NCBI GenBank assembly: GCA_964430885.1
Contig: CAYSHM010000004.1
Location: 23,770-87,769 of the forward strand
DNA: 64,000 nt
Direction of reading: 5' to 3'
Origin: an uncultured archaeon
GTDB lineage: Archaea > Thermoplasmatota > Penumbrarchaeia > JASLWR01
The notes beneath the pieces were generated by a model, which worked only from the letters and a program-made list of their open reading frames with translations, did not search any database and was not told the DNA's origin. Numbering within the stretch: position 1 is the stretch's first letter; each line of letters opens with the position of its first letter. Shown piece by piece: positions 25,101 through 33,928 of the stretch. A program made the position numbers and the translations under genes.

Positions 25101-28068
25101 ATAGGAAAGCCATTTGAAGTAGGCTGCCTATATCTGCATTGCTGAGATCACTGCTGCCGTGAAGATGAACAAGAGTGCCGTTGATGTCTGTAAGGGAGAA
25201 CCCGATCCTTTTGTGAAGGTCAAACAGCATTATGCGTAGATCGTCCAGGTCCATAAATGCATTATCGTCAGTATTAAGGCCAGCTTCGTTGCTCACCTTT
25301 GTTTCAGAATACAATCCGGCTATCACCAAGGCCATTCTATTATAACTCAAATGCTGATCTAGATGTACAAATATATCAGTTATATCCCGTCTTGTCAATC
25401 TATTCTCACTGAATGCTATGGTGAACAGCTGAACAAGCATTTCTTCATCCAGATAACTCTCGTTTATTCCGTGGGAAATGAATCTGATCCACGCCTCCAA
25501 TTTCACACCGTCAATGTGGTAAGTATCTATTAGATGGTGGAGCAAAATTTCAGGTTCGAGTTCGTGAATTTCCTTAGTCCAGAATACCAGGCCGATCCAT
25601 GTTCCCTCATCTATTACGCCTTTCTCGTAAACAGCCTGAAGAAAACTAAGCCAAACCTGGTGCTCCATTATATCATCAAAATATAAATATTGAATAATTT
25701 CTTTTATCATATCCGAATCCAGATGGCCGTCCCTCTTGGCATGAGATAATATCTGAGCAATATCATCGAGTTGGATGTATCCATGGAGGTAACCGATATG
25801 CAGAAGTTCGGTCCATCTCTCCCATCCAAGCAGTTTCTGGTCGTAGACCATTTTCAATAGTTCCAGGTACTCATCACGGCCTATTTTCTCCTCGGAATGC
25901 ATATCGAACAGTACCAAAAGCAGATCATGCTCGCTTATCATCTCAAGATCCAGAAGGGATTCCAGTATGTATAGGAAATCTCTTTTATCAAGGGCGCCGT
26001 GCTCGTATAGGACCTGCAGAACATCATAGAGCAGATCGAGGTGTACATCGCCGTGTATGAACTTCTCTATAATAATATCAACAATATCGTTCTTCTCGAT
26101 CAGTCCTTCATTGTATCCGTGAAGTACCAGGTCGGCCCAATTCTCAGTTGTTATTACTTCTTTATCATGTATGAGGGTATAGATGTCCTTCCAGTAAAGG
26201 TTTTTATCATGGTAGGAAAGTTTTTTCAGATAGGTCAATAGCTCTTCACAATCCAAATAACCTTCTGCGTGGGCCCATAGGAATATCTCCACAAGTTCTT
26301 CGGAAAGAATGATATCGTAACCATTCTCAATGTATCTGTGCATCAGTTCCATTAGCTCGTACGCGTCCAGATCCAACTCCTTTTCTACCTTTATCAATAT
26401 CCATATTATATCATGAGCATCAATGATGCCATATCCATCTGCTTTGATCAGTATTAGCACCATATCGCTTTTGGTTATTATTCCCCTGTTATGGAGCACT
26501 ATCAGCGTTTCCTTGATATGTTCCAGGGATAAACCCCTGTCCCTGAAGGCCTCGACCAGTGCAAGTATGTATTCGTCTATGGCCCCTTCACCCTTCTGTA
26601 GTTCGTTGATAGCTTCATCAAATTCAATTTCTTCATGAGAGTATATAACAGCCGATCCTGCTTCATCTTCCCCTTCTCGCCCGTCCAATTCTTTCTCCAT
26701 TGCATATTCATCAAGATAATTAGCATCCCCGTCTCCTTCTATGCTCTCAAGCACCTCCTCCTTCAGCCAGGCAGGAACATAGGGTGATATGTGATTTCCC
26801 AGTAGTGTAAAACTTTTCATAAAAAGAGATGTATCCTTGAATCCCTCACTATTTGAGGCTGTTTCCTCATTAACTGGTTCCACATCCCAACCTATAATGC
26901 TCTTGCTGTAGCTGAACCTCAATTCTATCAATACTCCTGTGCCGCCGTTTTCATAGCCCATTTTACTGCTGAATCCATCATCGGATACCTCGAAGTCATA
27001 TGATGGGACCCTGTCAAGTGGAACTTCCTTTATAACAAGCTCCATTTCAAAATCAAGCTGGAAGGAGTCGAGGACCTCCTCTGGTTGGTTGTATTCCTCT
27101 CGCGTCTTATCCTCCACAGCTCCTGGTGAAGCAGCATATTCATTTTCACCGTTGCCTGTTCCATTATCTTCATAGGTCTTGTATCCAATATTTTCTCTTG
27201 TAAGAGTGAATCCCCATACTTTCTTTTCGTGATCGCTATTCTTATCAATTGTCTTGGATAGGGTCCATGCCCCTTCCAGGTTGACACTTCTCAGCAGCTC
27301 GTGCATCTCACTTTCCTCACTACTGGGATATTCGTCCCCTTCCCTTGTCCTGGGACTTTCCGTTCCATCACTTTCCTCATAGGACCAGGTATCGTCATCC
27401 TCAAACTCATCGGGGTCAATATCATCATGCACAGGTTCGTAGTAATCCTCTTTGAACTCGTAGATGCTGTCGAGTCTCTGGGAGAAAATTGTCTGGACAG
27501 GTATTCCGACCCCTTCTTCATCCAAATAATCATCTGACCCCTCGATATCAGCCACTCCCGCATATCTGGTGTACATTGATACCAGGGTTATGGCGTTGGG
27601 GTTTTCCTCCGTGCCGTAGATGACTGCAAAGAAGGTATCCTTGTCCATATTGATACCTACATAGTTGCCGCCTCCCAGATAATCAGTGCGACCAGTATCC
27701 AGTATTATATCGGCAATATCCGGAAGTTCGGGAGATTTAATAATTCCTTCATTATTTGAATTGTCATCCTTTTCATCCTGGCTCGAATCTTCCTTTTTGT
27801 TACTTGCACCTTCGTCACCGCCGCCTTTCTCATCATTTTTGTTACTGGGTTCCACTTCATTGTCCGGTTTTTCCTCTCCTTCGGAATATTCCTCGTTTGC
27901 ACCTCCATGCTCACTGCCGGACGAATCGACTCCTCCGGCACTGCTGTTACCATCCTCCTCTATCATCAATGCCAGTACATTGCTTCCTATTCCAGCGGTA
28001 AGGAGCATCAACATCCCCAAAACGCAGATAATCCCTCTTAATTTGTCAGTTTTCATAAATATCACCAT
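22108..28068 (-). CDS. Giant (1986 aa) single-pass membrane protein dominated by an 18-residue helical tandem repeat; family unknown
   Basis: Long uninterrupted ORF. N-terminal signal/TM GIICVLGMLMLLTAGIGS, an acidic low-complexity region, two repeat blocks, a beta-rich C-terminal domain (VYYWDENSNGWQV...ANVTHFTIFAP), the TM helix FAILIIIILAVVLAIVVVIALY, and a 32-aa acidic tail. Confidence 0.8.
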   Translation of the reverse strand: MVIFMKTDKLRGIICVLGMLMLLTAGIGSNVLALMIEEDGNSSAGGVDSSGSEHGGANEEYSEGEEKPDNEVEPSNKNDEKGGGDEGASNKKEDSSQDEKDDNSNNEGIIKSPELPDIADIILDTGRTDYLGGGNYVGINMDKDTFFAVIYGTEENPNAITLVSMYTRYAGVADIEGSDDYLDEEGVGIPVQTIFSQRLDSIYEFKEDYYEPVHDDIDPDEFEDDDTWSYEESDGTESPRTREGDEYPSSEESEMHELLRSVNLEGAWTLSKTIDKNSDHEKKVWGFTLTRENIGYKTYEDNGTGNGENEYAASPGAVEDKTREEYNQPEEVLDSFQLDFEMELVIKEVPLDRVPSYDFEVSDDGFSSKMGYENGGTGVLIELRFSYSKSIIGWDVEPVNEETASNSEGFKDTSLFMKSFTLLGNHISPYVPAWLKEEVLESIEGDGDANYLDEYAMEKELDGREGEDEAGSAVIYSHEEIEFDEAINELQKGEGAIDEYILALVEAFRDRGLSLEHIKETLIVLHNRGIITKSDMVLILIKADGYGIIDAHDIIWILIKVEKELDLDAYELMELMHRYIENGYDIILSEELVEIFLWAHAEGYLDCEELLTYLKKLSYHDKNLYWKDIYTLIHDKEVITTENWADLVLHGYNEGLIEKNDIVDIIIEKFIHGDVHLDLLYDVLQVLYEHGALDKRDFLYILESLLDLEMISEHDLLLVLFDMHSEEKIGRDEYLELLKMVYDQKLLGWERWTELLHIGYLHGYIQLDDIAQILSHAKRDGHLDSDMIKEIIQYLYFDDIMEHQVWLSFLQAVYEKGVIDEGTWIGLVFWTKEIHELEPEILLHHLIDTYHIDGVKLEAWIRFISHGINESYLDEEMLVQLFTIAFSENRLTRRDITDIFVHLDQHLSYNRMALVIAGLYSETKVSNEAGLNTDDNAFMDLDDLRIMLFDLHKRIGFSLTDINGTLVHLHGSSDLSNADIGSLLQMAFLSEKIDENGTDELLGELQNENVANDQHSNDTTNEPPVYDSAQNNMSILENDNTEMGNVIDNIMNAFKNHEDEENEIRLALFQSYNRGEISYQDLLELSVAFLGHYNHTIDDEVGTYAWLVIGGYDEGFITFSEMRDLIMDAFLNEVISTDELYDFFVLSYHKSDLSINDIHDILFRAMHQGKISIDDLTVILFRAQMEDVFELENIHILLKRAFDDGLINITHLKRAISKAYMDGNIELEELKTLLSLFYRNGELTHEDIRRIIKDIHASGDFSKHELKWIIVMLYKENGLNRTHVKKLLVLLYDDGMLTRDELKWLLHSSYEEGNLTRDDLRWLIFHAYKVGELTRDDLWYLAVMMYSEDELERSDLRWLIFHAYGEGELTREDVKWIIFKAYDEGELTKEDVKWLIVHAYNEGKLTRKDMKWIIIHAYNEELLTKPILKWILINAYEEGELTLDDVRWILFMAFKENELTLEDVKWIIGQAYYTGELDLDEFTELLLVSLLSEEINRTHLGELLGMCLDSSVITIDDTAHIIEMLGENGIFEEENLTGIVKWLYEHGSIEGYELIRLLMALREKDHIGRDIIAKIILSNLISKQDLAHADLALFLAALIKGYENKTLSEEDLYYIIYWAVKNADISGINETLFEQIMEKLRELEIFLDIDYWGLIEKKGEAGDNGLYFKDNWQDIGKFRWDSHAFIWKNDTSNDPLKVPVHYYILDTKRLEKRPNWFTLDSEHEGEFNALLMEGGFIYPAAYKIEHGSSFSASNNMFIPLGGQIIIPEIVDGRIRFTAGYDKRAEIPLTLDSVKEVDFLDELGRRLVKAKFFGEGTVSWKLKDLTGLPQKAQDDLPTDKYLIGDTYQADITGQINWYWMMIDYSEDDLPYGISEDSLKVYYWDENSNGWQVAEETWIDTENNVIYANVTHFTIFAPMAEQHSDTGTPTTSGSGFAILIIIILAVVLAIVVVIALYTKRRNAMGEQEPWEDELPSNEIEIDWERYMD
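23150..26520 (-). repeat. In-frame 54-nt (18-codon) tandem repeat array, roughly 50-60 units in two blocks; best conserved at 23640-24290
   Basis: Protein units stay in phase, for example DLSINDIHDILFRAMHQG, ELTHEDIRRIIKDIHASG, NLTRDDLRWLIFHAYKVG, ELTREDVKWIIFKAYDEG, ELTKEDVKWLIVHAYNEG, ELTLEDVKWIIGQAYYTG. On the + strand, CCATTTCACATC-like words recur at 23671, 23725, 23779, 23833, 23887, 23941, 23995, 24103 and 24157 (spacing 54 nt). Block boundaries are approximate. Confidence 0.75.
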
Positions 28069-28230
28069 CCGTTTTCAAGACGATTATAGAATAAAAAGTT
28101 CATGAGTAGTATATAAACTGTTTTGGTATATATGCGTGAGATATATCATGCTTCTTATAACGTGGGAACAGTTTATAGCTTGTAACTTAAGAGAAAATTC
28201 CACATAACTAAAGGAAAGAATGCACGAATT

Positions 28231-31050
28231 CTAAAGTAGTTCAATAGTTCTTTGGATTGCTTTAAGTGCTCCTTTTGATAACAGGGGATTTTCATCCTGG
28301 AATGCGACCAATTTTTCTTTAGCTTCTTTCCCTTTGTCCATAAGTTTGAGCAGTCTGGCTTGAATAATGTGCCCTTCAGATAGAATATCCATATTATCTG
28401 CGGAATTTCCCAATTCGATTAACTCATAGGTACAACCCAAGGACTCTTGAATGTCATTTTTAAACCAATTCATACCGCATTTTAAAAGGAGAAGTTCCCG
28501 TTTCAGATTGATCATCCGAGGATCAAGTATGTCCTTACCCACGAATTTGGACAGTCTCCCTGCCTTATTTTCCTGCTTCTTGATAATTGCCAATCCACTG
28601 TCTATCTTTATTATGAGCTTGTCCAAAGGTATCTCGTTCAAATCCACTGGATCCGATTGTTTAAGGAAGGATGTCCTGAAAACCCTGTTCAGTATTCCAA
28701 GATGGGCGAGTTCGCATTTCACCTCATTATAGATGATATCTGATATAACATGAGGCATTTGATAGGTTTCCAGGAGTCCTCTTGCTTTGGCAAATAATTT
28801 TTTAGCCTTTAGGTATTCGCCTTTGGAATATAGACTCTCAGCAATCAATCTATTGAAGAGGGCTGTGAGATGGTCGTCCCTTCTTCCAGACTGGTTAAGT
28901 GCCTTTTTAGCCAGTTTTTCAGCTTTTTCCGGCAGGCCACAATCAATATAGGTTTTGATAAGGCCCAAATAGATCCTCCCTGCTCTGGCAAATCCGCCGT
29001 CTTCATTTGATGATATGCATTTTTCGATCTCATTTTCAGCCTTTTTGAACCATTTGGACGCTTCATTATGATCCTGAAGAGATACCTGTTTGGCTATCTC
29101 CGTACAAACCCTAGCTTTTTCGAAGCTGTCATTTGATGTGTACAGGCCTTTTTCAAGTTCTATGACCTTGGCATTCATGATATCGTGTTGGCGGACCTTC
29201 CGCTGCATCTCTTTTAGGGCTTGATATACTGATTTTTTGGATATACTTCCCAATTTTCCTTTTCCCCAATAGTCCCATTTATTTTCCTTCAATAATCTTT
29301 CAGCCCTTTTCAGATGCTTTTTTGATCTTCTAATGTCCTTTTCCTGGTATGATATTTCAGACATGTAGACCTCAATGGAAGGGTGGGATTCCCCGATTTT
29401 TTTTCTGATCCTTGATAAGAACTCCTTGAGGACCTGTGAATGAGGTCCGCGGGTAAGCCATAGGTCCGTCTCGGAAAGAGCTATAAGGGCCTTTTCAGCC
29501 GATCCAAGACTGATAAGATGATGCATATATTCCAGAAAATATATGTCCAGATCCTCAATAATTGATTTTGGGAGGTAATCGCCCTCCTTTTCCCGCTGAA
29601 ATATCTCCTGAAGGTATTCCCCAAGGTAGTTGAGAAGTTCTTTCCGCTCCCTGTAGCCGATTTCCTTGGTAATGATCTCAGCTATATGATCATGTACTAT
29701 ATACAGTCCGCCTTCAGTACGGTCAACCAGAAGGATCGAGTTCAATTTCTCCATTAATTCAGTACCATTTGGTATAATATCTTCTTCCACAGGGACCGTG
29801 CACAGAGAAAGAGTTTTCAATAATTTGGTTGTGTCTTTTTCCAATCCGGCAAGAACCTCTCTTCCTAGTGAACCTTCCTTTCTTGCGGCGATATTTCCTG
29901 TCAGCACCTCTTCTTTCCTCAATAATTCCACCTGCAACGGTATCCCACCAGTGGCTTTAAGGATCATATTACCCATCTTTTCATCCAATTTATCAGCCCT
30001 GCCAAAGATCCTGAGGGAAGCAAGCTGACAGCATTCAATTTGGGTCAATGGATTAAGCACTATCTTATTCACCCTTTCACCAAGCTTCAATGTGGAATAA
30101 TCCATTTTTTTTGTTTTTCCCCTTGAAAGAAGCAAAAAAACTATGTGGCCGCAGCTGCTTGAGACAGTAAGGATCTCTTTTAGCATTTCCTCTAGGCCAT
30201 CTGGTGCATTGTGCAGGTCGTCAAGGACAATCAATATTTTTTTCAGCGATTCGCTGCGCCTGAGCGTTTCGGATAGTTTATCAGATTCAGACCTGTCGAG
30301 GAATTCAATCAATTCTTTTCTTAAGGACTCCAATCCATACCATTTTCTGAACCTTGCATAGAATATATTGTGGCTGGATTTCATTGATCTTATGATTTCA
30401 CTGGCTAAGGCACTCTTGCCCATTCCGGCCATGCCGTACACCCTAAAGCATCGGAAGCCTCCTTTAATCAAGAAGCTAATAATTTTCTTTATTGCGCTCT
30501 TTCTTCCAATGAATTCCCCTGTATTAACCAGATCCGATAAATGGTGTTTTTTTCTAGATTCCTCCGAACTGCAAGTGGCCCCCCTATCATCCAAAAGATC
30601 TGGCAGTTGAGTAAGGTCAATAGTACTGTTTTTATTAGTCAATATATCAATAAGATGGAAATAAGATACATTTGGATTTATCTTCCTAGCCTCCCTGAAA
30701 ACATTTAGTATTTTCATTCTTTTCTGTGCATCGGCTATGATTACAAGGACGGATTCCCTTTCAATAAAATCAATTATCTTTTTCCCCTGTTCACATCCTG
30801 AAGATGACAGTCGATATGCTTTCATCTTTCTTTTCTGCCCTTTGAAATGGCTGTTCTTAGTCTCCAAAACACCATTTTTTTCCAATTCCTTAAGAGCTCG
30901 GGAAACATTGGACTGGGCCATGTTCAGGGCTTGGGATATCCCCTTCTGGGACACCTGGAGCGGCTGGACGAATTCTTCTCTAAGAGATCGGTATCTCATC
31001 AGCCAAAGAATAATTTTTTCTATGATGGATAGATTGATATTCAAGTTCAA
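28231..31050 (-). CDS. wHTH + STAND (NB-ARC/archaeal-ATPase-like) NTPase + TPR-like helical repeat protein, probable signal-sensing transcription regulator
   Basis: The N-terminal VSQKGISQALNMAQSNVSRALKELEKNGVLE reads as a MarR/TrmB-like winged helix. Walker A is GMAGMGKSALA and Walker B is KILIVLDDLH. ATGGIPLQV is a GxP/GLPL-like motif. About 450 C-terminal residues are amphipathic helical pairs. TTG start 31050 overlaps the upstream stop (TTGA); the first ATG is 17 codons in. Confidence 0.75.
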   Translation of the reverse strand: MNLNINLSIIEKIILWLMRYRSLREEFVQPLQVSQKGISQALNMAQSNVSRALKELEKNGVLETKNSHFKGQKRKMKAYRLSSSGCEQGKKIIDFIERESVLVIIADAQKRMKILNVFREARKINPNVSYFHLIDILTNKNSTIDLTQLPDLLDDRGATCSSEESRKKHHLSDLVNTGEFIGRKSAIKKIISFLIKGGFRCFRVYGMAGMGKSALASEIIRSMKSSHNIFYARFRKWYGLESLRKELIEFLDRSESDKLSETLRRSESLKKILIVLDDLHNAPDGLEEMLKEILTVSSSCGHIVFLLLSRGKTKKMDYSTLKLGERVNKIVLNPLTQIECCQLASLRIFGRADKLDEKMGNMILKATGGIPLQVELLRKEEVLTGNIAARKEGSLGREVLAGLEKDTTKLLKTLSLCTVPVEEDIIPNGTELMEKLNSILLVDRTEGGLYIVHDHIAEIITKEIGYRERKELLNYLGEYLQEIFQREKEGDYLPKSIIEDLDIYFLEYMHHLISLGSAEKALIALSETDLWLTRGPHSQVLKEFLSRIRKKIGESHPSIEVYMSEISYQEKDIRRSKKHLKRAERLLKENKWDYWGKGKLGSISKKSVYQALKEMQRKVRQHDIMNAKVIELEKGLYTSNDSFEKARVCTEIAKQVSLQDHNEASKWFKKAENEIEKCISSNEDGGFARAGRIYLGLIKTYIDCGLPEKAEKLAKKALNQSGRRDDHLTALFNRLIAESLYSKGEYLKAKKLFAKARGLLETYQMPHVISDIIYNEVKCELAHLGILNRVFRTSFLKQSDPVDLNEIPLDKLIIKIDSGLAIIKKQENKAGRLSKFVGKDILDPRMINLKRELLLLKCGMNWFKNDIQESLGCTYELIELGNSADNMDILSEGHIIQARLLKLMDKGKEAKEKLVAFQDENPLLSKGALKAIQRTIELL

Positions 31051-31799
31051 ACCTCAATTCCGCATTTCCTGCACTTGCTGGATAGCATGACATTAACCTT
31101 GGATTTGCATCTTAGGCATAGGTATTCTGCTCGGCAAGATATACACTTGGTAGCCATCAATGGCATGGGTTGGCTGCATTCAATACATCTGTACTTTTTA
31201 CCGCAGAACCTGCAGTTCAATGAAAAACCTGAAATGAACTTGCTGCATTGGGGACATTGAACCTTGAAATTTCCTTTACATGTCCTGCATCGCCCGCTTC
31301 CCCTGCAAATTTTGCACGGTCTTCTAAGCAAACCTCTTTTCCCTTTACCGGAACATTTTCTGCATTTAAGGGTATTCTTGCAGTCCGGGCAGAAAATTCC
31401 ATATTCCTTTCTATTCCTCTTAACCTCTTTAAGCTGTTTTCCGGCCATTCTTTCCAGCTCTTCCTTTGATACCTCCTCAACATTCTCTTTTTCCTTATCG
31501 TAATATTTGTGTCCGTCATGATCTATCTCATGGATCCCATCCACTCCAACCACCTTGACATTGTCCATTGTTATAACCTTTTCGTCTCTGCTCCAATCAT
31601 ATTCCTTGCTCACGCTGGACATGTCCCATTCCTTCACCTCTTCCTTCTGGTAGGCCACGAGGTCTACATCTTTGTAGTCTTTTACCTCATTCTTAGCTTC
31701 GTGATCTACGATTAGATGTGTTCCATCCATCCAGCCTTTTTCCTTTCCATCGTCTTTTTCATCCTTTCTCTTATTGTCTTTTTCCGACATACTGAACAA
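31047..31799 (-). CDS. Multi-zinc-ribbon protein (10 CxxC pairs, two DnaJ-type CxxCxGxG) with acidic/Lys-rich N-terminal half
   Basis: The C-terminal 120 aa contain CPDC, CRKCSGKG, CKICRGSG, CRTC, CPQC, CRFC, CIEC, CISC, CLRC and CRKC. The stop overlaps the start of the STAND gene. Confidence 0.65.
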   Translation of the reverse strand: MFSMSEKDNKRKDEKDDGKEKGWMDGTHLIVDHEAKNEVKDYKDVDLVAYQKEEVKEWDMSSVSKEYDWSRDEKVITMDNVKVVGVDGIHEIDHDGHKYYDKEKENVEEVSKEELERMAGKQLKEVKRNRKEYGIFCPDCKNTLKCRKCSGKGKRGLLRRPCKICRGSGRCRTCKGNFKVQCPQCSKFISGFSLNCRFCGKKYRCIECSQPMPLMATKCISCRAEYLCLRCKSKVNVMLSSKCRKCGIEV

Positions 31800-31969
31800 T
31801 TATAGACCTTTCTTAATATAAACCAATTTTGTGTAGAAAATATCTTATTCAAATAGTATTTCAATGAGAATAATATATTTCATTCCTCAGGGCAGTATCA
31901 TATTTATAAAGCTTGGATTACATACCGATTAAACGCAGTGAATTTAGATTATATGGAGGATGTAAATCT

Positions 31970-32536
31970 ATGGTTCGGAGGATATTGGTAGGGATAACCG
32001 GAGCCAGCGGGGTCAGGTACGGAGCGGCCTTGGTAAGGGCACTCAGTTCAGCATATATGCCATTAGATCTCATTGTTTCTAAATATGGTATGGAGGTTCT
32101 CGAGGACGAGGCTCCTGATGCAATTACTGAAATAAAGGAACAGGTGAACAATCTGTATTCAAATGAGGATATGTTCAAACCGCCAGCATCTGGTGGGGCG
32201 GATTATTCAGCCATGGTAATAATGCCGTGCACCCTCAATACCGCAGGCAAGATATGCAATTGTCTAGCGGATAATCTCATCACACGGTCTGCTCAGGTCA
32301 TGATGAAAGAAAGAAGAAAATTGATCATAGTTCCACGGGAAACGCCACTTTCCACCCTCCATCTAAAAATGTTCTATGAGCTTTCAAAGAATGGTGTGAC
32401 TGTTGTCCCAGCATGCCCGGGATTCTATCATTTCCCCAGGAGCCTCAACGATCTTGATACATTTATGGTGCAGAAGATACTTAATTTACTGGACATTCCT
32501 CATGAACTGATGGAACCTTATAAAGGGCGGGAATAA
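31970..32536 (+). CDS. ubiX: Flavin prenyltransferase UbiX/Pad1 family
   Basis: MVRRILVGITGASGVRYGAALVRAL, MVIMPCTLNTAGKI and RETPLS. ATG 31970 has GGAGGA 9 nt upstream; the track ORF starts at TTG 31913. Confidence 0.85.
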   Translation: MVRRILVGITGASGVRYGAALVRALSSAYMPLDLIVSKYGMEVLEDEAPDAITEIKEQVNNLYSNEDMFKPPASGGADYSAMVIMPCTLNTAGKICNCLADNLITRSAQVMMKERRKLIIVPRETPLSTLHLKMFYELSKNGVTVVPACPGFYHFPRSLNDLDTFMVQKILNLLDIPHELMEPYKGRE

Positions 32537-32727
32537 GAAGAAACGGGAATCCTAAGGATTCATGTTATTACTGTGTAATTATGTTTAAAGGAATAATTGG
32601 GGATAAATAAGTTATATTAAAATATATAATTTGCCGGAAGGTATTGACTTGATATACCTTAACATAACCAATTATTATAATTGTTAATTTCATTACGCGA
32701 ATCTAAAATATTTGCAGGGGCGAGAAA

Positions 32728-32994
32728 ATGAAGTTCAGTGAGAAGATAAATCAGATAGTAGCGGTCTTGGACGATTTGGCAGAAGATAATTCAGTACCTA
32801 GGAACATTCGTAAGGGCGCAAAGGATTCCAAGGCATTGATTCTAAATCAGGATGAGGAAAAGGATGTAAGAATGGCCAGCGCGATTTTCATACTCGATGA
32901 ACTTGCTAATGATCCCAATATTCCACTTCATGGGCGGACCCGAATCTGGAATATTATTTCCCAATTGGAAACCGTGGCGGAACTGGAAGATTGA
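32728..32994 (+). CDS. UPF0147-family small archaeal protein
   Basis: VPRNIRKGAKDSK, DVRMASAIFILDELANDPNIPLHGRTRIWNIISQLE matches the conserved UPF0147 core as I recall it. Confidence 0.75.
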   Translation: MKFSEKINQIVAVLDDLAEDNSVPRNIRKGAKDSKALILNQDEEKDVRMASAIFILDELANDPNIPLHGRTRIWNIISQLETVAELED

Positions 32995-33066
32995 TTATCA
33001 CTAGATTAGGTGAAAATTTATCATTTCAATGATCTCCTTCTGCTTTATTTAGGGGATCAGGCGAAT

Positions 33067-33903
33067 TCAATTTGTATCTATTGACCGATCATTTTTATTA
33101 ATGTGCAGTAGATTTGAGATTTCTACATAGTCCTTTATACTTAGCTCTTCAGCTCTTTTATCTAGAAATTCTTTCATTTCGGGGATGATCAAGGACTGAT
33201 TCAGATATGATTCTTCAGCATTTTTAAAGGCATTAGCTAGTTTTTTCCTCCTGTATTTGAAAGCTTCCCTTACAACACTTAGGAATATGGAATGATCCAG
33301 AAGATTTTCCTTATTATCACGTTTTCTTAACCTGACCAATGCGGAGTTGACCTTGGGTGCCGGGTAAAAAACATTCTTTGAGACCTTTTTTATTATCTCA
33401 ATATCGTAATAATATTGGCTCACCACACTAATACGGGAATAGGAACCGCTTCCCAATCTAGCTGACAATCGTTCTGCAAATATGTCCTGATACATTAATA
33501 CGGCAAGATCTACATTCCTCTCTGAAAGCTGGAGGGTCAGAGGTGTTGAAAGATTATAGGGCGGATTTGAAACAATTTTATTGAACCCTGTCAAATTCAC
33601 CTTCATTATGTCATCAGATATCAGTTCCAGATTGGGATATCTCGGTAACAATTTATTTTTGAGGTATTCGAAAATCTTTTTATCCTTCTCCACAGCAATT
33701 ACTTTTGATCCCCTGAGGAGCAGTTTTTCAGTAAGAAAACCCAACCCTGGTCCAACTTCCAGAATGACATCTTTCTCGGAGATATCGGCAGTTTGGACCT
33801 CTATTCGTAGGATATTATCATCCATTAAAAAGTTTTGACCCAATCCTTTCTTTGCCCTAATGCCCAGCCCCATTAAAATTTCCTTTACCTTCTGGACCTT
33901 CAT
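33067..33903 (-). CDS. ksgA: 16S rRNA (adenine-N6,N6)-dimethyltransferase KsgA/Dim1
   Basis: GQNFLMDDNIL, the SAM motif ILEVGPGLGFLT, and VSNPPYNLSTP. Confidence 0.9.
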   Translation of the reverse strand: MKVQKVKEILMGLGIRAKKGLGQNFLMDDNILRIEVQTADISEKDVILEVGPGLGFLTEKLLLRGSKVIAVEKDKKIFEYLKNKLLPRYPNLELISDDIMKVNLTGFNKIVSNPPYNLSTPLTLQLSERNVDLAVLMYQDIFAERLSARLGSGSYSRISVVSQYYYDIEIIKKVSKNVFYPAPKVNSALVRLRKRDNKENLLDHSIFLSVVREAFKYRRKKLANAFKNAEESYLNQSLIIPEMKEFLDKRAEELSIKDYVEISNLLHINKNDRSIDTN

Positions 33904-33928
33904 GAACTAACCACATCTAAAAAAAGCA

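Noticed and set aside
28231-31050. STAND NTPase considered as an Avs-like antiviral defence gene
   Set aside because: The N-terminus reads as a winged-helix DNA-binding domain rather than a nuclease, protease or other effector. No other defence genes are adjacent. It is kept as a minority alternative under the STAND finding.
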